From Gekko japonicus (Eukaryota), in NCBI RefSeq assembly GCF_001447785.1, contig NW_015164211.1, positions 62,001-126,000 of the forward strand: DNA of 64,000 nt, given 5' to 3'. Below the pieces are notes generated by a model that worked only from the letters and a program-made list of their open reading frames with translations, had not been told where the DNA came from and ran no database searches. Made by a program: the position numbers and the translations under genes. Below, in pieces: positions 26,425-40,006 of this stretch (the stretch's first letter is position 1; every line of letters starts with the position of its first letter).

Positions 26425-26572
26425 ATTAAGAGAAGCCAGTGTTGGATCAAGCCAATGGCCCATCCAGTCCAACACTGTCACACAGCAGCCAAAAATACCA
26501 CGTGCCATCAGGAGGTCCATCAATGGGGCCCCCCCCCCGGCAGCACCAAGAATATTTGCCCCCGAGGGCATG
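26425..26572 (-). mobile_element. CR1 3' UTR fragment
   Basis: Reverse-complement homology to 32340-32455. Confidence 0.7.
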
Positions 26573-27271
26573 GAGGATAAGTCTATATATTTTTAAGCAA
26601 ACTGAAATGACCAAATGCCTCAGTTGGAAATATTGTCAGCCAAGATATGTAGACAGACGTTTGTGCTATTCCACAAATACTGATGAAAACTATTTCTTGC
26701 ATAATTTGGCTCGATTTGCAGTATACCTCCTCCTCTGCCCAGTACTGGGGGAAGGCCTTTTCTTTGTTCAAAAATACAGGTAAGCTTAAACAAAATTTAT
26801 TTATGTGGTAATTTATCCACTTTTTGTTTTGTATACTGATAGTGAATACCTAAGACAACTTAATTATCTAGTATTTTTTGAGTCTGAATGCCAGTTTCCA
26901 AACAGTATACAGTGTTTTACAATGAAATGTGTTGTTTATGTAATTTTTGGATATGTGAACAGGCTACAAGAAGAATCTGGGAACTTTCCTCTGGGAACGC
27001 ATACTTGGATGGCTGGTTTTGACACACATTTCTCCACAGGAATGCTCCAGAAGCACTTCAAAACGGTCAACAAGATGCTATGTCTGGGGCCTTAATCTCT
27101 GTGTTCTGTTAGACAAAACACCTCACTTTGTTTACAAAAAAAGGGAGAAAAGAGCAGTAAGTGAACTGACTGAAAACCTGGTCTTCAAACGTCATGGATA
27201 TTTACGATTATTTCCCATTGTTCCCATTAAGATGTCATAACCACAAAATTCCACCATGAAGAGTCACTTAC

Positions 27272-27353
27272 TTGCATTATCTTTGTTGGCCATAGCATGC
27301 ATCCCAATACTGTCAAACTTGGACCCAATGTTTTCATCCAGCAAGTAGCCAAA
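27272..27353 (-). CDS. CEBPZ: CEBPZ exon 15
   Basis: FGYLLDENIGSKFDSIGMHAMANKDNA; 82 nt; GTAAGT donor. Confidence 0.95.
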
Positions 27354-27439
27354 CTTCAAAGAAGCAGAAGTCAATTAGTTTTTGAAATACTACCACACAA
27401 AATGCATTTTATTAGGTAACAGAATTTAGTGAAACATAC

Positions 27440-27501
27440 TTCTTCCGCTGCAGCAAGCATCCCAGTATCTTTGAGTTTTCTTTTTCTGCTTTCCTTTGGT
27501 C
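27440..27501 (-). CDS. CEBPZ: CEBPZ exon 14
   Basis: (G)PKESRKRKLKDTGMLAAAEE; 62 nt; GTATGT donor. Confidence 0.9.
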
Positions 27502-27563
27502 CTTTAAATAAAAATACAATTTAACAGCACTGACAATTGTACATAAAAAAACAAATATGAAGG

Positions 27564-28440
27564 TGTTACAGACTGTCAAGGGTTAATGCCTAACACAGTC
27601 TGAGAATCTTTGAGTGACAGGCTGTTCAAACAGAATTCTGTTAAGAGAAACAGTTAAGAAATGACAACTGAAGAAGTGACGAAGAAATGAAGTTTTTCTG
27701 AGTGAATGCTATGGTATATTTAAGACTACCCAGGGAATGCTCACCAATTACAGTTACTCCTATTCAGTTTTTGTTAATGCAAGAAAAGCTTTACTTCCGG
27801 TGCAGGGAGAGGCAGACAAGCACTGACTGTGAACCAGGAAGGAGGCAAAAGGAGAGGATCAGAGAGAATCCCCATTCAAGCCGAAAAGGGAAATTGCTTC
27901 TCGTTAAGAGAAGTAATCCGTGAAAAGGGAGATAGCTCTGGGGTGATCCCTGGTCTGTATATATAGAAAGATTTTGGGATCTTGGTTCTATATTCCTGCC
28001 TTCTAGACTTCAGGTAGGAGTCGGTGAAAGAAACCTATTGCTTGATTGTTTAAGCAAAAACTGAAAAGAAAGCCTCTCTCAAAGTTTTAAAAGACCTTTT
28101 TGAATAGAAGGAACACTTGTTGGCAACACATTACCTGAAGTCAGTGTGATTACAAAGTTACCTCCGTTTTATTATTGGTTCGCCTCATGCAGCCTACCCT
28201 TGATTCCACCTGATCTTTTCTCCTCTAAGTTAAATATTTTATTTTGAACTTCCAAAAGCCTTTCATGTGCCAAATCAGAAGCTGAATATAAGAAGGTGAT
28301 TTTGTCTCTTCCCTCAGTTCCCTGGGGTGGGACAGCCATAGACAAATAAGAAGAAAATAGATAAAGGAGCTGCTCAGCAAGAAAGAAGAAAAAGGAAAAT
28401 CCTGCATGTGGGGGGGGGGCGGCAGAGGGCGAAATCACAC
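27564..28440 (+). mobile_element. Solo LTR-like element in CEBPZ intron 13
   Basis: TGTTACAGACTG start, collinear with 4606-5837; an inverted fragment of its 3' end occurs near 60785-60885. Confidence 0.65.
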
Positions 28441-29039
28441 CATGCAAATGTTATGTTCGCCATAGTTAGCACTAAGAGTGGAAGGGGTACTTGTGTGCAA
28501 ATCTATGGGGTACTTCCAGTCCCTTAACTGTGATTATGTCTCCACCAAACCACTAGATTGTGATATTGCAGCCTCAGGGCTTTCACATTTCTTCTTCTGT
28601 GCAGAAGTCACCACAGCTATTCTCCTTGGCAACTACACTGCTATGGGATCCTTAATACAGTTGCAGTTATTCCTGACTGCCTCTCCCTGCACCGGAAGTA
28701 AAGATTTTCTTGGATTAGCAAAAACTGAATAGAAGGAGTAACTGTAATTGGTGAGCATTCCCTGGGTAGTCTTAAATATACCATAGCATTCACTCAGAAA
28801 AACTAAACCGCAAAGTCAATTCTGTCTCAGGTCACTTTTTCTTAAGGATGCCATTAAAATAATGTAGTCCTCATCTCTAGCCATCCTGGTTGCTCATATC
28901 TTTGTTCTCTCTGAAGTTATGTTTTGTAATTTTGAAGGGGAAGAGGACAATGGTAGTGATTTGCAACTCTTTCTTAGCATTATGGTTCATGTACTTCCCA
29001 GGCTCAATATATAGCAGGTTTTTAAAATCTAAATGTTAC

Positions 29040-29123
29040 CTTTCAATGATCCAGCAAAATCCATTTTTTTTGTCCTTTTGCCTTTGTTACTACTGACAGG
29101 TTTGACTTGGTCTTCAGTTTCAT
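29040..29123 (-). CDS. CEBPZ: CEBPZ exon 13
   Basis: (D)ETEDQVKPVSSNKGKRTKKMDFAGSLK; 84 nt, phase consistent. Confidence 0.88.
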
Positions 29124-30192
29124 CTGTCAGCACAAATAAAAATGATTCAACTTTTATTCAGCATATATGTAAAACCGAACACTGATAATGAAAGTTTTTG
29201 AATATTCCATTTGGAGTATTTAACTGAACACTGAAATCTTCTCATTTATTTTTATTCATTTTACCCTACCTTCCTCCCCAAAGAGGCTTAGGTCACTCTC
29301 CTCCTCCTCCATTTTATCCTCACTTGTAAGGAAGGTTAGTTTCCATCACAGAGTAAGGATTCAAACCTGGGTCTCCCAGAACCTACTCTGATAGTCCAAC
29401 CACTACACCACATTGGGTCTCAGTTCCTACTTACAGAGTACATGAGCCATCCATTCCCTATCTCAGATGTTTCTGTGTGATTCCTTGGATAATGGAACGA
29501 CAGTGCTTACTAAATTGTGTCTGCTGAACATAAGAATTTTATAGCCGCCTCTGACTGTTGTCAATAACAGCAGATTTTTTTCAGTTAGAAGAAGCAAACC
29601 TATTTTTCCTATGTTTATTTTTGGAAAGTGTCCTATTTCTAATTCATCTGCATGTAATGAGAACAACAGCATCACTGACCCTGCGCAGAAGAAATTATTA
29701 TGCAATGTTTGGCTACTACAATTATCCAGTCAAAATCAAGGGCCAATGCATTTGATCATGTTTTCTCCATCGGCAAAACCTGATGATGGCTTGGAAGCTG
29801 TTTGCAAGTCACAGGACCTCTGCTTTAAGACTATGACCTAGTTAAGAGGAAGGAATTGAGTATTTTATTATGAGAAGGCCAGTAATTTTCTCCTTCATGG
29901 ATGCGCAAACCCCTGCAATCACATATCCTTGGGAGTGGAGTTCACTCCCAAGTGTCATCCTTGCCAATTTGGCAACAGCCTTGGCACAGGCAGAACTGTC
30001 TAGCACAGCAACTGCTCTCATTTGGAGAGTACTAACTAGTCAAAGAGGATCATACAATAATAATTATCAGATGGAGCCCTAGGGAACACCTTCGGAGTGT
30101 ATGACTGCAAATATAAATAAAATAACTAGTTCCCTATGGAATTTAAAATTAGAATTTCAGTAAGATGATCTAACAATTTAAAGGATCTTTAC

Positions 30193-30368
30193 CTAGATTG
30201 TCATCATCAGACACATCCATGAAGGTCCCCCCTTCTTCATCAAGGTCTTCTCCAACGTCTTCATCCATGCTAAGAGACACTTCCTCATCATCAAAATCAT
30301 CCTCATCAGAATCTTCCCAGTCTGCCTCATCACTTTGGCTTTTCTTATCACTACTGCTTTTGACATTG
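30193..30368 (-). CDS. CEBPZ: CEBPZ exon 12 (acidic tract)
   Basis: NVKSSSDKKSQSDEADWEDSDEDDFDDEEVSL...EEGGTFMDVSDDDNL; 176 nt. Confidence 0.93.
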
Positions 30369-30956
30369 CTAAAAAAAATATTAAAATAACAAGCTTTTAA
30401 ATGAAAGGCCACACATCTACCTCTCTCAAAGTGCTTGTATAAGAAATGCAAGATTAACAAATAATTTTAAATTTCTTGTAAGAAAGAATTTAATCTATAA
30501 AGCCATTAAAACAGACTGAACTAATGCTAATACCACAACAAAGAGAGTCTTTGGTTAAGGCTATTTCACTCTATAAGAAGGTTTCAATAAGGTCTATAAG
30601 CAATGTCTACGGACAGGGTTATGATCTTCTCCTTATGAGAAGGGATCCCCATATGTAAGTCTATAAGGAGTTACAGCACTATGTGAGATTTGAACTGACA
30701 CAGACTGCTATGCCACTACAGAAATATGCAATTTCTCAAATAATGAAACTACAGAATTGGGGGGGGGGGGGGGCTCTCAAAGAAAACACACTAACAGTGC
30801 AATCCTAAGCAGATCTGTTCAGAATCCAAGTGACATCTACTCGAGGGGGCTTATTCCAAGGAAATTGTTCTTGGGCTGGTACTGTAAATAACCTAATGAC
30901 TAAAAAGTTCACACAGACAAGTTGCAGTAGCTGTGTAAATATTTAGGAGTGGCTCC

Positions 30957-31170
30957 TTGCCCTGATGTCGATGGCCCAGGCTAGTGCGATTTCATCAGAT
31001 GTCAGAAAGTAAAAGAAAAGTCAATGTTGGTTAATACTTGCATGGGAGACCACCAAGGAAGTGCAGGGTTGCTACAGAAAGATAGACAATGCAAACCACG
31101 AACATCTCTTGCCTTGAAAACCCTACAGGGTCGCCACAGGTTGGCTGCAACTTGACAGCACTTTCCACCA
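30957..31170 (+). mobile_element. Second 5S-derived SINE copy
   Basis: GGTTAATACTTGCATGGGAGACCACC (5S box C region) plus the same tail as 18150-18358. Confidence 0.65.
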
Positions 31171-31777
31171 CTAAGTACTCCATGCTCACCATTAGCCTCC
31201 CCATCTCACTGCTGTCCCCACCCATTCCGCCTCTTAATGTTAAAGAATTGCTGGCTCTTTGCATGAGGAGCAAGCACATCACACTACAGGGGCCACAGGT
31301 GAACAACAGATTGCAAGACTGGTTTATAAAGGCTTCCCTGGATAAATTAATGGGCACCCTAGGTTTCCAGGCATCCCATAATAGGCACTTCTTCCCGTAA
31401 TACAGATACGCTATAGAAACTAGATCACATAAAGTAAATAGTGTGTATTTTGATGGATAACTTTCAATTAAATTAAATCTTCTAAAACTATATTATATAA
31501 AAACTCTCATATGGGTCAGAATTTCGTTCAGTCTCCCTCTTTAGTGTAACACAGTTCAGAGTGCATGAAATTTGAAGCAGTGGGAACAAGAACATACAGT
31601 GAGCCTATTAAATCACTGCATACACTCATCTTTGCTTTATGGGCCAGGAAGGTGGAAGTGCTATGCTGACAGGCGGCTTAGCGGACAAAGAGTTGGAATG
31701 GGGGGGGGACCAAAAGCCATCAACTGAGATCACTCCTGAAAAAAACAGTGATTGCTAAACCCATTGTTTCTCAGGAC

Positions 31778-32566
31778 GAAACTAGATGTGCAGGTTTTTA
31801 AACAGTTGGGACTGGGTTTCCCAATTCAGTTCACCTGCAGCCACACAGCGGCTATGGGAAATGGCTGTGTAAAAAACAAAAAGAGAACAGCCTGTTTGGG
31901 CTCAGAATGCCACTGTGGGGGAAGGAAGGGCTCCTGTGCCTCTCCACTCCCAGTCATTTTCCTGCACTGAAAGAGTGCTGGGGGGTTATTTCCTCACTTT
32001 TGCTGTTCCACATGGGGTATTCTGTGTGCACTGGAACAAAAAAATGGGGAGACAACGCCTCCCAGCACTGTTTAAATGCAGAAAAACGGCCTCAGAGGGA
32101 GCCCTTCTTTCCCCCATGGTGGCATTCTGAACCCAAACAGACTCTTAAAAAAAAACACTTGGAATTCACTGCCACAGGAAGTGGTGGCGGCTACAAGCAT
32201 GGACGGCTTCAAAAGGGAATTAGATGAGCATATGGAGCAGAGGTCCATCAGTGGCTATTAGCCACAAGGTATAGATAGGGACTCTGGGGCAAGTGATACT
32301 CTGTCTTCTTGGTGCTTGGGTCAACAGTGGGAGGGCTTCTAATGTCCTGGCCCCACTGATGGACCTCCTGATGGCACCTGGTATTTCTGTCCACTGTGTG
32401 ACACAGAGTGTTGGACTGGATGGGCCTTTGGCCTGATCCAACATTGGCATCTCTTATGTTCTTATGTTCTTAACCATTCCCTACAGAGGCTGTGTGGCTG
32501 TGGGGAACCCAAACTGCATCTGAGAAACCTGGCCCCAACTCCTCAAAAACCTGTACCTCTAGTTTA
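31778..32566. mobile_element. Fold-back MITE interrupted by a CR1 insertion
   Basis: ~85-bp imperfect inverted ends (31778-31868 and 32472-32566) and an inner inverted pair near 31889 and 32142. Confidence 0.6.
32155..32472 (+). mobile_element. CR1 LINE 3' end
   Basis: WNSLPQEVVAATSMDGFKRELDEHM (CR1 ORF2 C-terminus) and (CTTATGTT)n tail. Confidence 0.85.
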
Positions 32567-33114
32567 GCCTTAAGCCTTCCCTCGATGAACACACTGAGCT
32601 TCCGTCAAGATTAAAAATGTCAAGCTTCCATCCACAGGTATAAAGAAGCAATTTGTCTACAGTCTACCTGACACCCTTTGAATGTAATGCCATTTAATTA
32701 CCACCAATGTAACAACAAGGTGGATATTTTCATCCTTTTAAAGCACACTGAAACAAAGTGGGAATTCTAATTCATGCTAGGGATTGTGGGGAATGACACA
32801 TGGAAAGGGGTGAGGGGGTTCATTCAGTTCAATTCACACAGAGTACAACATCTTAGATATATAAATGCAAGACATACTGTTGGCCACATCAAGGGACAAG
32901 CACATCATAGGAATGAGCACAGCACAGCATACTTTACATAAAAGCATACATATAATGCTGCTTTCAGCATAATTTTAAGGTGTGGAAGCAGGTATTTACA
33001 ATCCAAAGGCTCTCTTCCCATACTACCCACTACCAAACAAATCAATAAAATAATGGGAAGAAGAATCCACTGTATTATTCTGACTAGGCAAGGAGTAGAA
33101 ACCCTTCCAATCAA

Positions 33115-33247
33115 GAGGAAGAAGAGAAGAGATTGGATTTATACGGCTTGCCCAAGGCCATCCAGCCAGGTGCAAGTGGAGGAGTGGGGAATCAAACCCG
33201 GTTCTCCCAGATTAGAGTCCGCGCACTTAACCACTACACCAAACTGG
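33115..33247 (-). mobile_element. Internally deleted Squam3-like SINE
   Basis: Near-identical to both ends of 15437-15947. Confidence 0.75.
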
Positions 33248-33253
33248 AAAGAA

Positions 33254-33361
33254 AGGGAGAAATCAAGCAAGAGTTTGCTGCAACCAGGTCAGGTATGAGG
33301 GATGTACAGGGAGAAATCAAGCAAGAGTTTGCTGCAACCAGGTCAGGTATGAGGGATGTAC
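33254..33361. repeat. Perfect 54-bp tandem duplication
   Basis: AGGGAGAAATC...GGGATGTAC present twice. Confidence 0.95.
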
Positions 33362-33735
33362 CTCTTAAAGAAGCGCAGTCCATTCTGAAAACCTTTCAGT
33401 CCTCAAAATGGACAGTGGATAGAAAAATAGAATCATAGAGTTGGAAGGGGCCATACAGACCATCTAGTCCAACCCCCTGCCCAATGCAGGACCACAAGGA
33501 TGCAGAGTTTTACAAAAGTAATCAGATTACATGGAAGTTAGTTTAATTTGGTAAACCCACCACCATAATGGCCCAATTTCAGAAAGGAAGGGACATAAAA
33601 CATGTTTCACTGAAACTGTGTTTTCTTAGAGTTTTACAACAACATTGGGACATAATATATCACATGCAATAAACGGCATATGACAGTACTTTATTCTGTA
33701 CTATACAGGGTTTTAAAAAAATGAAAACACCTTAC

Positions 33736-33796
33736 CCAGCAAAATTAAGGTCTTCTTTTCCAATTGTATCAAAATAACTGTCTTGTTCAAATGAAT
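33736..33796 (-). CDS. CEBPZ: CEBPZ exon 11
   Basis: (D)SFEQDSYFDTIGKEDLNFA(G); 61 nt. Confidence 0.9.
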
Positions 33797-34296
33797 CTGA
33801 AAGAGACAAGATGTAGGGAGAGGTTTGATTTCACAATATCAAAGCAAATTAAACATTTTGATTTGGTTAAAAAAACATCTGCTCAATGAACAATGTTAAT
33901 GGGAGGATTCTGTGGAAATCTGGCAGGTATACTGGCTCATGTTTCTGTTCTTTCCTTTTAAAATTGTTTTTAATGAATATTTATATTTTAGTGTACTTAA
34001 CTTGAGCATTAGAAAGGGCAGGAAAGAAAGATTTTAAACAAAATCATGCCATGTCACAGGCAGGTTTAAAGATTTCATGACATTTTGCAAATGTGTGTTA
34101 AGCATTCAGTGAACTCCATTTGGATTTCCTCACATACACCTCTGACTCGGGACCCTTTTATAGAAAGTCATCTTGCCTTTCATCAACTGGCTCAACCTTA
34201 GAAGATCTGTCAAAGAACTGTAACCCATCTTCCAGGGGAGTCAAAGTATGCTACCCACCCTTGACAGGGTTAAGGAACTGGCTGCAATAGCCTTAC

Positions 34297-34397
34297 CTAA
34301 TGCTCTTTCAAACTCATCATCATCCACATCTTCAACACTTTCATCATCTCTCACAGGAGTCTTTTTTTCCTTCTCCATGTCCAGCCTTTTATAAAAT
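34297..34397 (-). CDS. CEBPZ: CEBPZ exon 10
   Basis: (R)FYKRLDMEKEKKTPVRDDESVEDVDDDEFERAL; 101 nt. Confidence 0.93.
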
Positions 34398-35473
34398 CTG
34401 AGGATTAAAAATAAAATGCTGTGAACATTCAAATAAATCAGAATTAACAAAATATGCCAATTGGTCAAAGTCATAGTAGGGTTAGTTTCTCTGGGTTAAT
34501 TCTGTGAGACTTCTAAAATTCACTAAGGCCAGCATATTCCCTTTCTTATGACATCACAGTGCCCACCCCAACCTAAGTCAGGCCTGTAGCTACTGCGTGG
34601 ATCCTTGGGGCCACGCCCACTCCCTAATCTGCCCTGCCCCCAAATCTTCTCTGACCTTTTTGTAGTTCCTTGTAGGCTCACACACTCCTGCCTCCTGCCC
34701 GCAGAAGTGGAAGGCCCAGCTCTCCGCCAGCAAAGCTCTAATCCAGCGAGAGGGTGGCCAAGCTACGGGTGGTTCCTCCCAGACAGGTCACGAGTGCACG
34801 GCCCTGCAGGTGGGATGCGCCGCTGGATGCTAGGAAGCTGCTGGACACTGTGGGATGCTGCGGGAATGGTGCTGCTGCTGCAGCACAGCTGCAAGGATGA
34901 GTGGGGGTGGCAGAGCAGCCAGCCTTCCATGACACTCACAGGCTCCACCTGGTGTGTAGCCTACCACTCTAGGAAGAGGCTCACCCCGCCCCATACTTCT
35001 TAGTGAGGAGTAGGGGGCCCAGATAAAGGGCTGGGAGGATCTTCTGTATGCTTTCTGAGCACATGGTGTGGCCCTCATGGAGATGGTGGGCTTGGCGCCC
35101 AGTGAGGCACCATACAACCCGAGTGTGCTTCTCCCTGCAGCAGCTCAAGGTTTCTGTGGGTGGGAGCCTTGAAGGGGTGCTTTTGGGCAGGGGGGAGAGA
35201 AGGGGGCAGCAAGCGGAAAGGCCCCCCCCATGTACCTACATTTCCGGAAGTGATGTTGGAAGTGATGTAAGCACATGGGGGCAAAGAAAGCTCCCCCCCA
35301 TGTACCTACGTCAGTTCCAGAAGTGACGTTGGAAGTGATGTAAGCACATGGGGGCAATGGGCCCCCCACCAAAAATTGTCTAACTATGGACCTAAGTGTT
35401 TATTGGCTGATAATGGGGGGGGGTTGCCTCCAGCCAAATGTAAGCATCCGCATGGTATTTAAAAGCAGTACAC

Positions 35474-35934
35474 CAGGGGTCCTCAAAACTTTTTGAACCT
35501 GCAGATGCCTTTGGCATTCTGACACAGGGTGGTGGGCGCAACCAGAAAATAGCTGCCTCAAGAGGCAGAACCAACCACAGAATGTCGGGGAGTGAGGTTA
35601 TGCATAACTCTAATTGTAGCTCTTCAATATTTCAGGCAGAAGCTCAGGATGAGTTTTAAAAGGAACATACTGCTTTAAAATATTTTCTTGCATATACAAA
35701 CAACTTACTGGTGGCTACTCAGTCAAGATCCTTGTACTGTGGTGGCAGCCGCTCCCAAAGTAACATTTTTTAAAAAACTACTCAGCCAATCTGATCTCCA
35801 ATGGCCTGTCAGAACCCCACCTGGGCAGAAGTGCCATCCAGCCTCATCCCCTTTCTAAATATACTTGGTGGGTGCCAAAAAAAGGTGTTGGTGGGCACCA
35901 TGGTACCCATGGGAACTATCTTGGGGGGGCCCTG
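35474..35934. mobile_element. hAT/Charlie-type MITE
   Basis: CAGGGGTCC...GGCCCTG ends; flanks CAGTACAC/CAGTATAT. Confidence 0.7.
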
Positions 35935-36899
35935 CAGTATATCCATAGATATAAATATTCTCCAAACCGCTAAAACACTACTGTAAAAATATAAAATTGC
36001 TAAAGCTATTTCATAAATGAAACCACACATTTACTGTGACAGTTGCGGTCACCTTCCCACATTCATTATTTTATTTATTTAAAATTTATTTAAAGCATTT
36101 CTGTCCCGCCTTATCCCCTCAGACTCAAGACAGCAAGTTTTGCCAAATACTTTCTTCTATGTTGACTACAATGCCTAAACAAGAGCCTACTTCTTCTCAT
36201 TACTCAAAATGGTAACTAGTAAAAACAGTTCCCAGGAGAAGGCTATACAGATGGGTCTACCTAAGATACAGTATGAGATTAGAATGTCCCACGGTTTAAC
36301 GACATCTCACATATTTAAGACACAATATCCTGCTTTCCCATGTCATCTCTCCAGGGTAGCTATGATTCCACAATTCTTACCAGTACAATATTTGCCCAGA
36401 AAACTGTACTGTCTTAGAAAGCTTCACCAAAGATAAGAAATCCTAATCAGCACCTAAACAAACTGATGCTGATGCATCTCACCACAGCTATAGCTGCTGA
36501 TGCAGTATGAGCCAGAGTACTGAAAGGCAGCAGACAGCAAGGAATAATAGAAGCAGATACAAAGAAAAAAGAACAAGAAACTGGGGGGAAAGGTATGATT
36601 GTTATGGGAAAGTTCTCTCTGACAGTAACTATGGGGCCCTTCTAAGGATTGTTGATATGGGTAAATTGCATCATAGATCCTAAAGACCCCATATGGTTAC
36701 TAAAATCTCTCAGTAGCATCTAGCAATCTGTAATATTATTGCTGGCTGTAATCCTCTCAACACAGTCCCTCCTTTAAGTCATATAAGCCAATGTCAGGAA
36801 CACTTCCATGAATGCAAATCATAAACACCAACCAGAAAGAAACCTCCGCATAAGGAACACAATTGGTACACAGAAATATAATTCAGAGTTTTCCATTAC

Positions 36900-36966
36900 C
36901 TGTGAAAAAAGACTTCATCTACTGGGATTTGGCTTTCATCTTGTGCAAGAAACTCCTTACTGTTTA
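36900..36966 (-). CDS. CEBPZ: CEBPZ exon 9
   Basis: (V)NSKEFLAQDESQIPVDEVFFH(R); 67 nt. Confidence 0.95.
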
Positions 36967-38975
36967 CTAGAAATAAAAGAGATCAGGGGTGTTTTACCAA
37001 ATGAGCTTGCAATAAAAGTCATTAAAATGTTCTGCACTCTATTTTCTTATTTTATTTTGAGCATATCCATATCTCTTAGGTATTTTCATTTTGTAAACTG
37101 CCTTGCGCACTGTTTGGGGGGAGTTTGGGATTTTTAAAAATCAGTGTGTTTCTATGGCCCTGCCAGCTTCAACCAGTTAATCAGAGTTTTCAACTAAACC
37201 ACTGAATCCAGATTGAAGTTTGTCCCCCCCACACACACACACCTGATGTGGCCAGAGAACAAGCAATGATTCTGGGACATGAAAACAATGAAAGGATCTG
37301 CTGCCAAGCATTCCACATAGGTGTACTTGGGCTTCCTCCTCCTTCCTAATCTAGATTTGATGAAGAAACTTAAAGATGGCTGTTCCTTTGAGAGCATATC
37401 TAAAACTCATATATAATTTTCATTTTGAATTAAATTCCTAAGATTTAATACGTTTTTAAAATATCTAGAAGTCCCTCAATACTGAGAGAGCTTGAGTTAT
37501 CAGGTGCTGGAATATAACACACTCACAAACTCATTTTGTGACCAAATTATATTATTTCCCAGGTAATCCAGGAACTGTGCATCATGCCAAAACAAACATT
37601 AAGGGTACACTGATTTAGCCACTTTTCGGTCTAAACTGTGCAAAGCAGCACAAGAAAAATTCTAGTAGGGACAGAAGAGGTTAACAGCACTGCTCAAGTC
37701 ATGGACTGTGTTTCATTTTTATTTTTTGGATACACATATTCAAACACCATCACAGCAAACACTATCACAGCAATGGTGAACCCTTCTCATGAGAGAAGAC
37801 TGAAAGCACTGCATGAACGTAATACAAAACATTTCAAAAGGACCCCAAATGTGGATCCCAAAGTGGCTTATCACAACATTCTCCTCTTTTCCCCTTTACC
37901 CTCAAAACAACAACCCTATCGGGTAGGTTAGGCCGAGAGATATGGCGCCCCAAGGTCACTAGTGAGCCTCCGTGGCAGAATAGGGATTCAAACCCAGTTA
38001 TCCCAGGTCCTAGTCCACCACCACTACACCATACTGCCTCTTATTCTTAGAGTGTAAAGTCAAACCAGTGATTGTAAGAAGAAGCTCCTTTGTATCGAAA
38101 TGGCAAAGTTTTGCCTGGGTAACTTTAAAAAACAAACAATCCGTTATATAATCTAGTCCGGTGAGAAATTTTCTGGTTTAAATCATTTAGGCAGAAGAAA
38201 TGTAGTCACCGGATATCTTGGGAACATGGATTAGAAATAGAAAGTTGAGAAGTTCCAACCCCATTAGGATGTTGCTGCTGTTAATCTAGCGTCATGAGTA
38301 AGGATATTCCTTTTTAAAAAGGTTAAGCCTTCCCAGTTCACCAGATTGCCATCTCTTGCAAGTTTAACAATGATGAAAGGGACCTCCTTTGGAAAAGCTT
38401 ATTTTAATGGTGTTTTATAGTCAAATATTAAATAATAGTAATGTTCTGAATGTGAGAACTTGAAAAATTCTGAACTACCTGCTAATGAAGGCATGAGAAT
38501 CATTTTATAACAGATGTAGCATAAATAAGGGGCTTGGGACCCCCTAGTTGTCTGCTCAGATGACAAACAGGCCAGCACATCTTGAGAAGAGAGATACAGG
38601 GCGAAGGCCTTCAGGATTCCGTATCCTTTCTATCCCCAGAATGTAATGCATTGTGCTTGCACAAGCCCTGAAGGATCTTTTCCCCCCCTGTTTATTATGA
38701 CTGAACTGTTACAATAAAAATAATGTTTTGGCACAGATCTAAATATATACAATAAGAAGGGTCAGTGACTCAACAGGTATCTGTGGCTGCAATCCTAAGA
38801 ACACTTTTGTGAGCTAAGCCCCACTGTGGCTTACTTCCAAGGAAACCTATTTAGGATTGCTCCCTGTATGGCAGTCCTTACATTCCCTACATCATAAAAA
38901 TTTATCCTGATGGGGATTAGGATAAGACAGTGTACTTATGATCTGAGTACAAATGAATAAAATATCTGCACTTAC

Positions 38976-39044
38976 CAACAAGGTTTCGTATGTTACTCAT
39001 GGACTGTTTCTTCTTTGGTTGCATCACCACACTGCTGGTGTTCT
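38976..39044 (-). CDS. CEBPZ: CEBPZ exon 8
   Basis: (E)NTSSVVMQPKKKQSMSNIRNLV; 69 nt. Confidence 0.92.
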
Positions 39045-39292
39045 CTGCAGCAGAAAGTCAAGAGTTGATGCAAAATTATCAGCATACTAACTTTCTACTC
39101 CTGCACATCACAGACATCTGCTAACTATGATAGTGACAGGGCACATGCAGAAGGTCCCAGTCCAATTCCCAGCACCTCCAGTTAGAAGATCTCAAGTAGC
39201 AGCTCTTGGGAAACACATAGTTAGATGGACCAATGGTCTGACCTGGCATAAGGTAGTTTCATATTACCAACAAAAATATACAGGCTTCCTAC

Positions 39293-39395
39293 CTTTGCCT
39301 TTATGGCCTTTGGGATTCCTGTACACAAAACGATCTAAGAATCTCATTAGTGTGAAATCCTGTAGAGGATCACCTGAGTATTCAATGTATCTCCC
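39293..39395 (-). CDS. CEBPZ: CEBPZ exon 7
   Basis: [37 protein letters not shown]/Mak21 domain signature; 103 nt. Confidence 0.97.
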
Positions 39396-39952
39396 CTGAA
39401 ATAAAGTCAAAATTCATGGTGTAAAATAAACATGGACCAAAAAGGTGTAAAAGCCACTTATGTTTATAGTCAGTTCACGATACTGAGGGATGATATCTTG
39501 AAGAACTGGTGCAGAAGAGTTAGAAGAAAAGGCGCCAGTTGAAAGGTAGCAATTGTCAACACAGCCCCCTTTAATCTCTTGCCCATTGCCTCCACAGTCC
39601 AGTCATTCGTCCCTCCCCCCATTTATCATGTGCCACTCCACTGTGCCACTCAAATGGTGAGGAACAGAACAGACAAAAGAACACAGAGAGAACAATCAGA
39701 AAGAGCCACGGCTATGCTCTTTAAAGACAGAGCAACATCTGGGTTGCAAAATAATGATGCCACGTCAGACTGCTTTTCAGAAAGAGAGGGGTGGAATGAC
39801 TGATTGGAGAACAATGCCACCTTTCACTTCCCCCACCCTTTTCCCTGTGTCTGGAAAAAGGAAGGCGTAGTATCTCCATGGTATCTCCAGTGCACATGCC
39901 AAGCGTCATGCTACAACACAAAGTGCTGAAAAAAAGAAGAAATTCAACTCAC

Positions 39953-40006
39953 CTCTAGGATAGTTTTTGCAAAAAGGACCACAGATGGATGAAAGTGTTC
40001 TGAAAG
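39953..40006 (-). CDS. CEBPZ: CEBPZ exon 6
   Basis: LSEHFHPSVVLFAKTILE; 54 nt; GTGAGT donor. Confidence 0.96.

Noticed and set aside
35222-35355. Duplicated ~60-bp unit with GGAAGTG motifs as a possible enhancer
   Set aside because: Lies within a GC-rich, transposon-like block; nothing supports host function.
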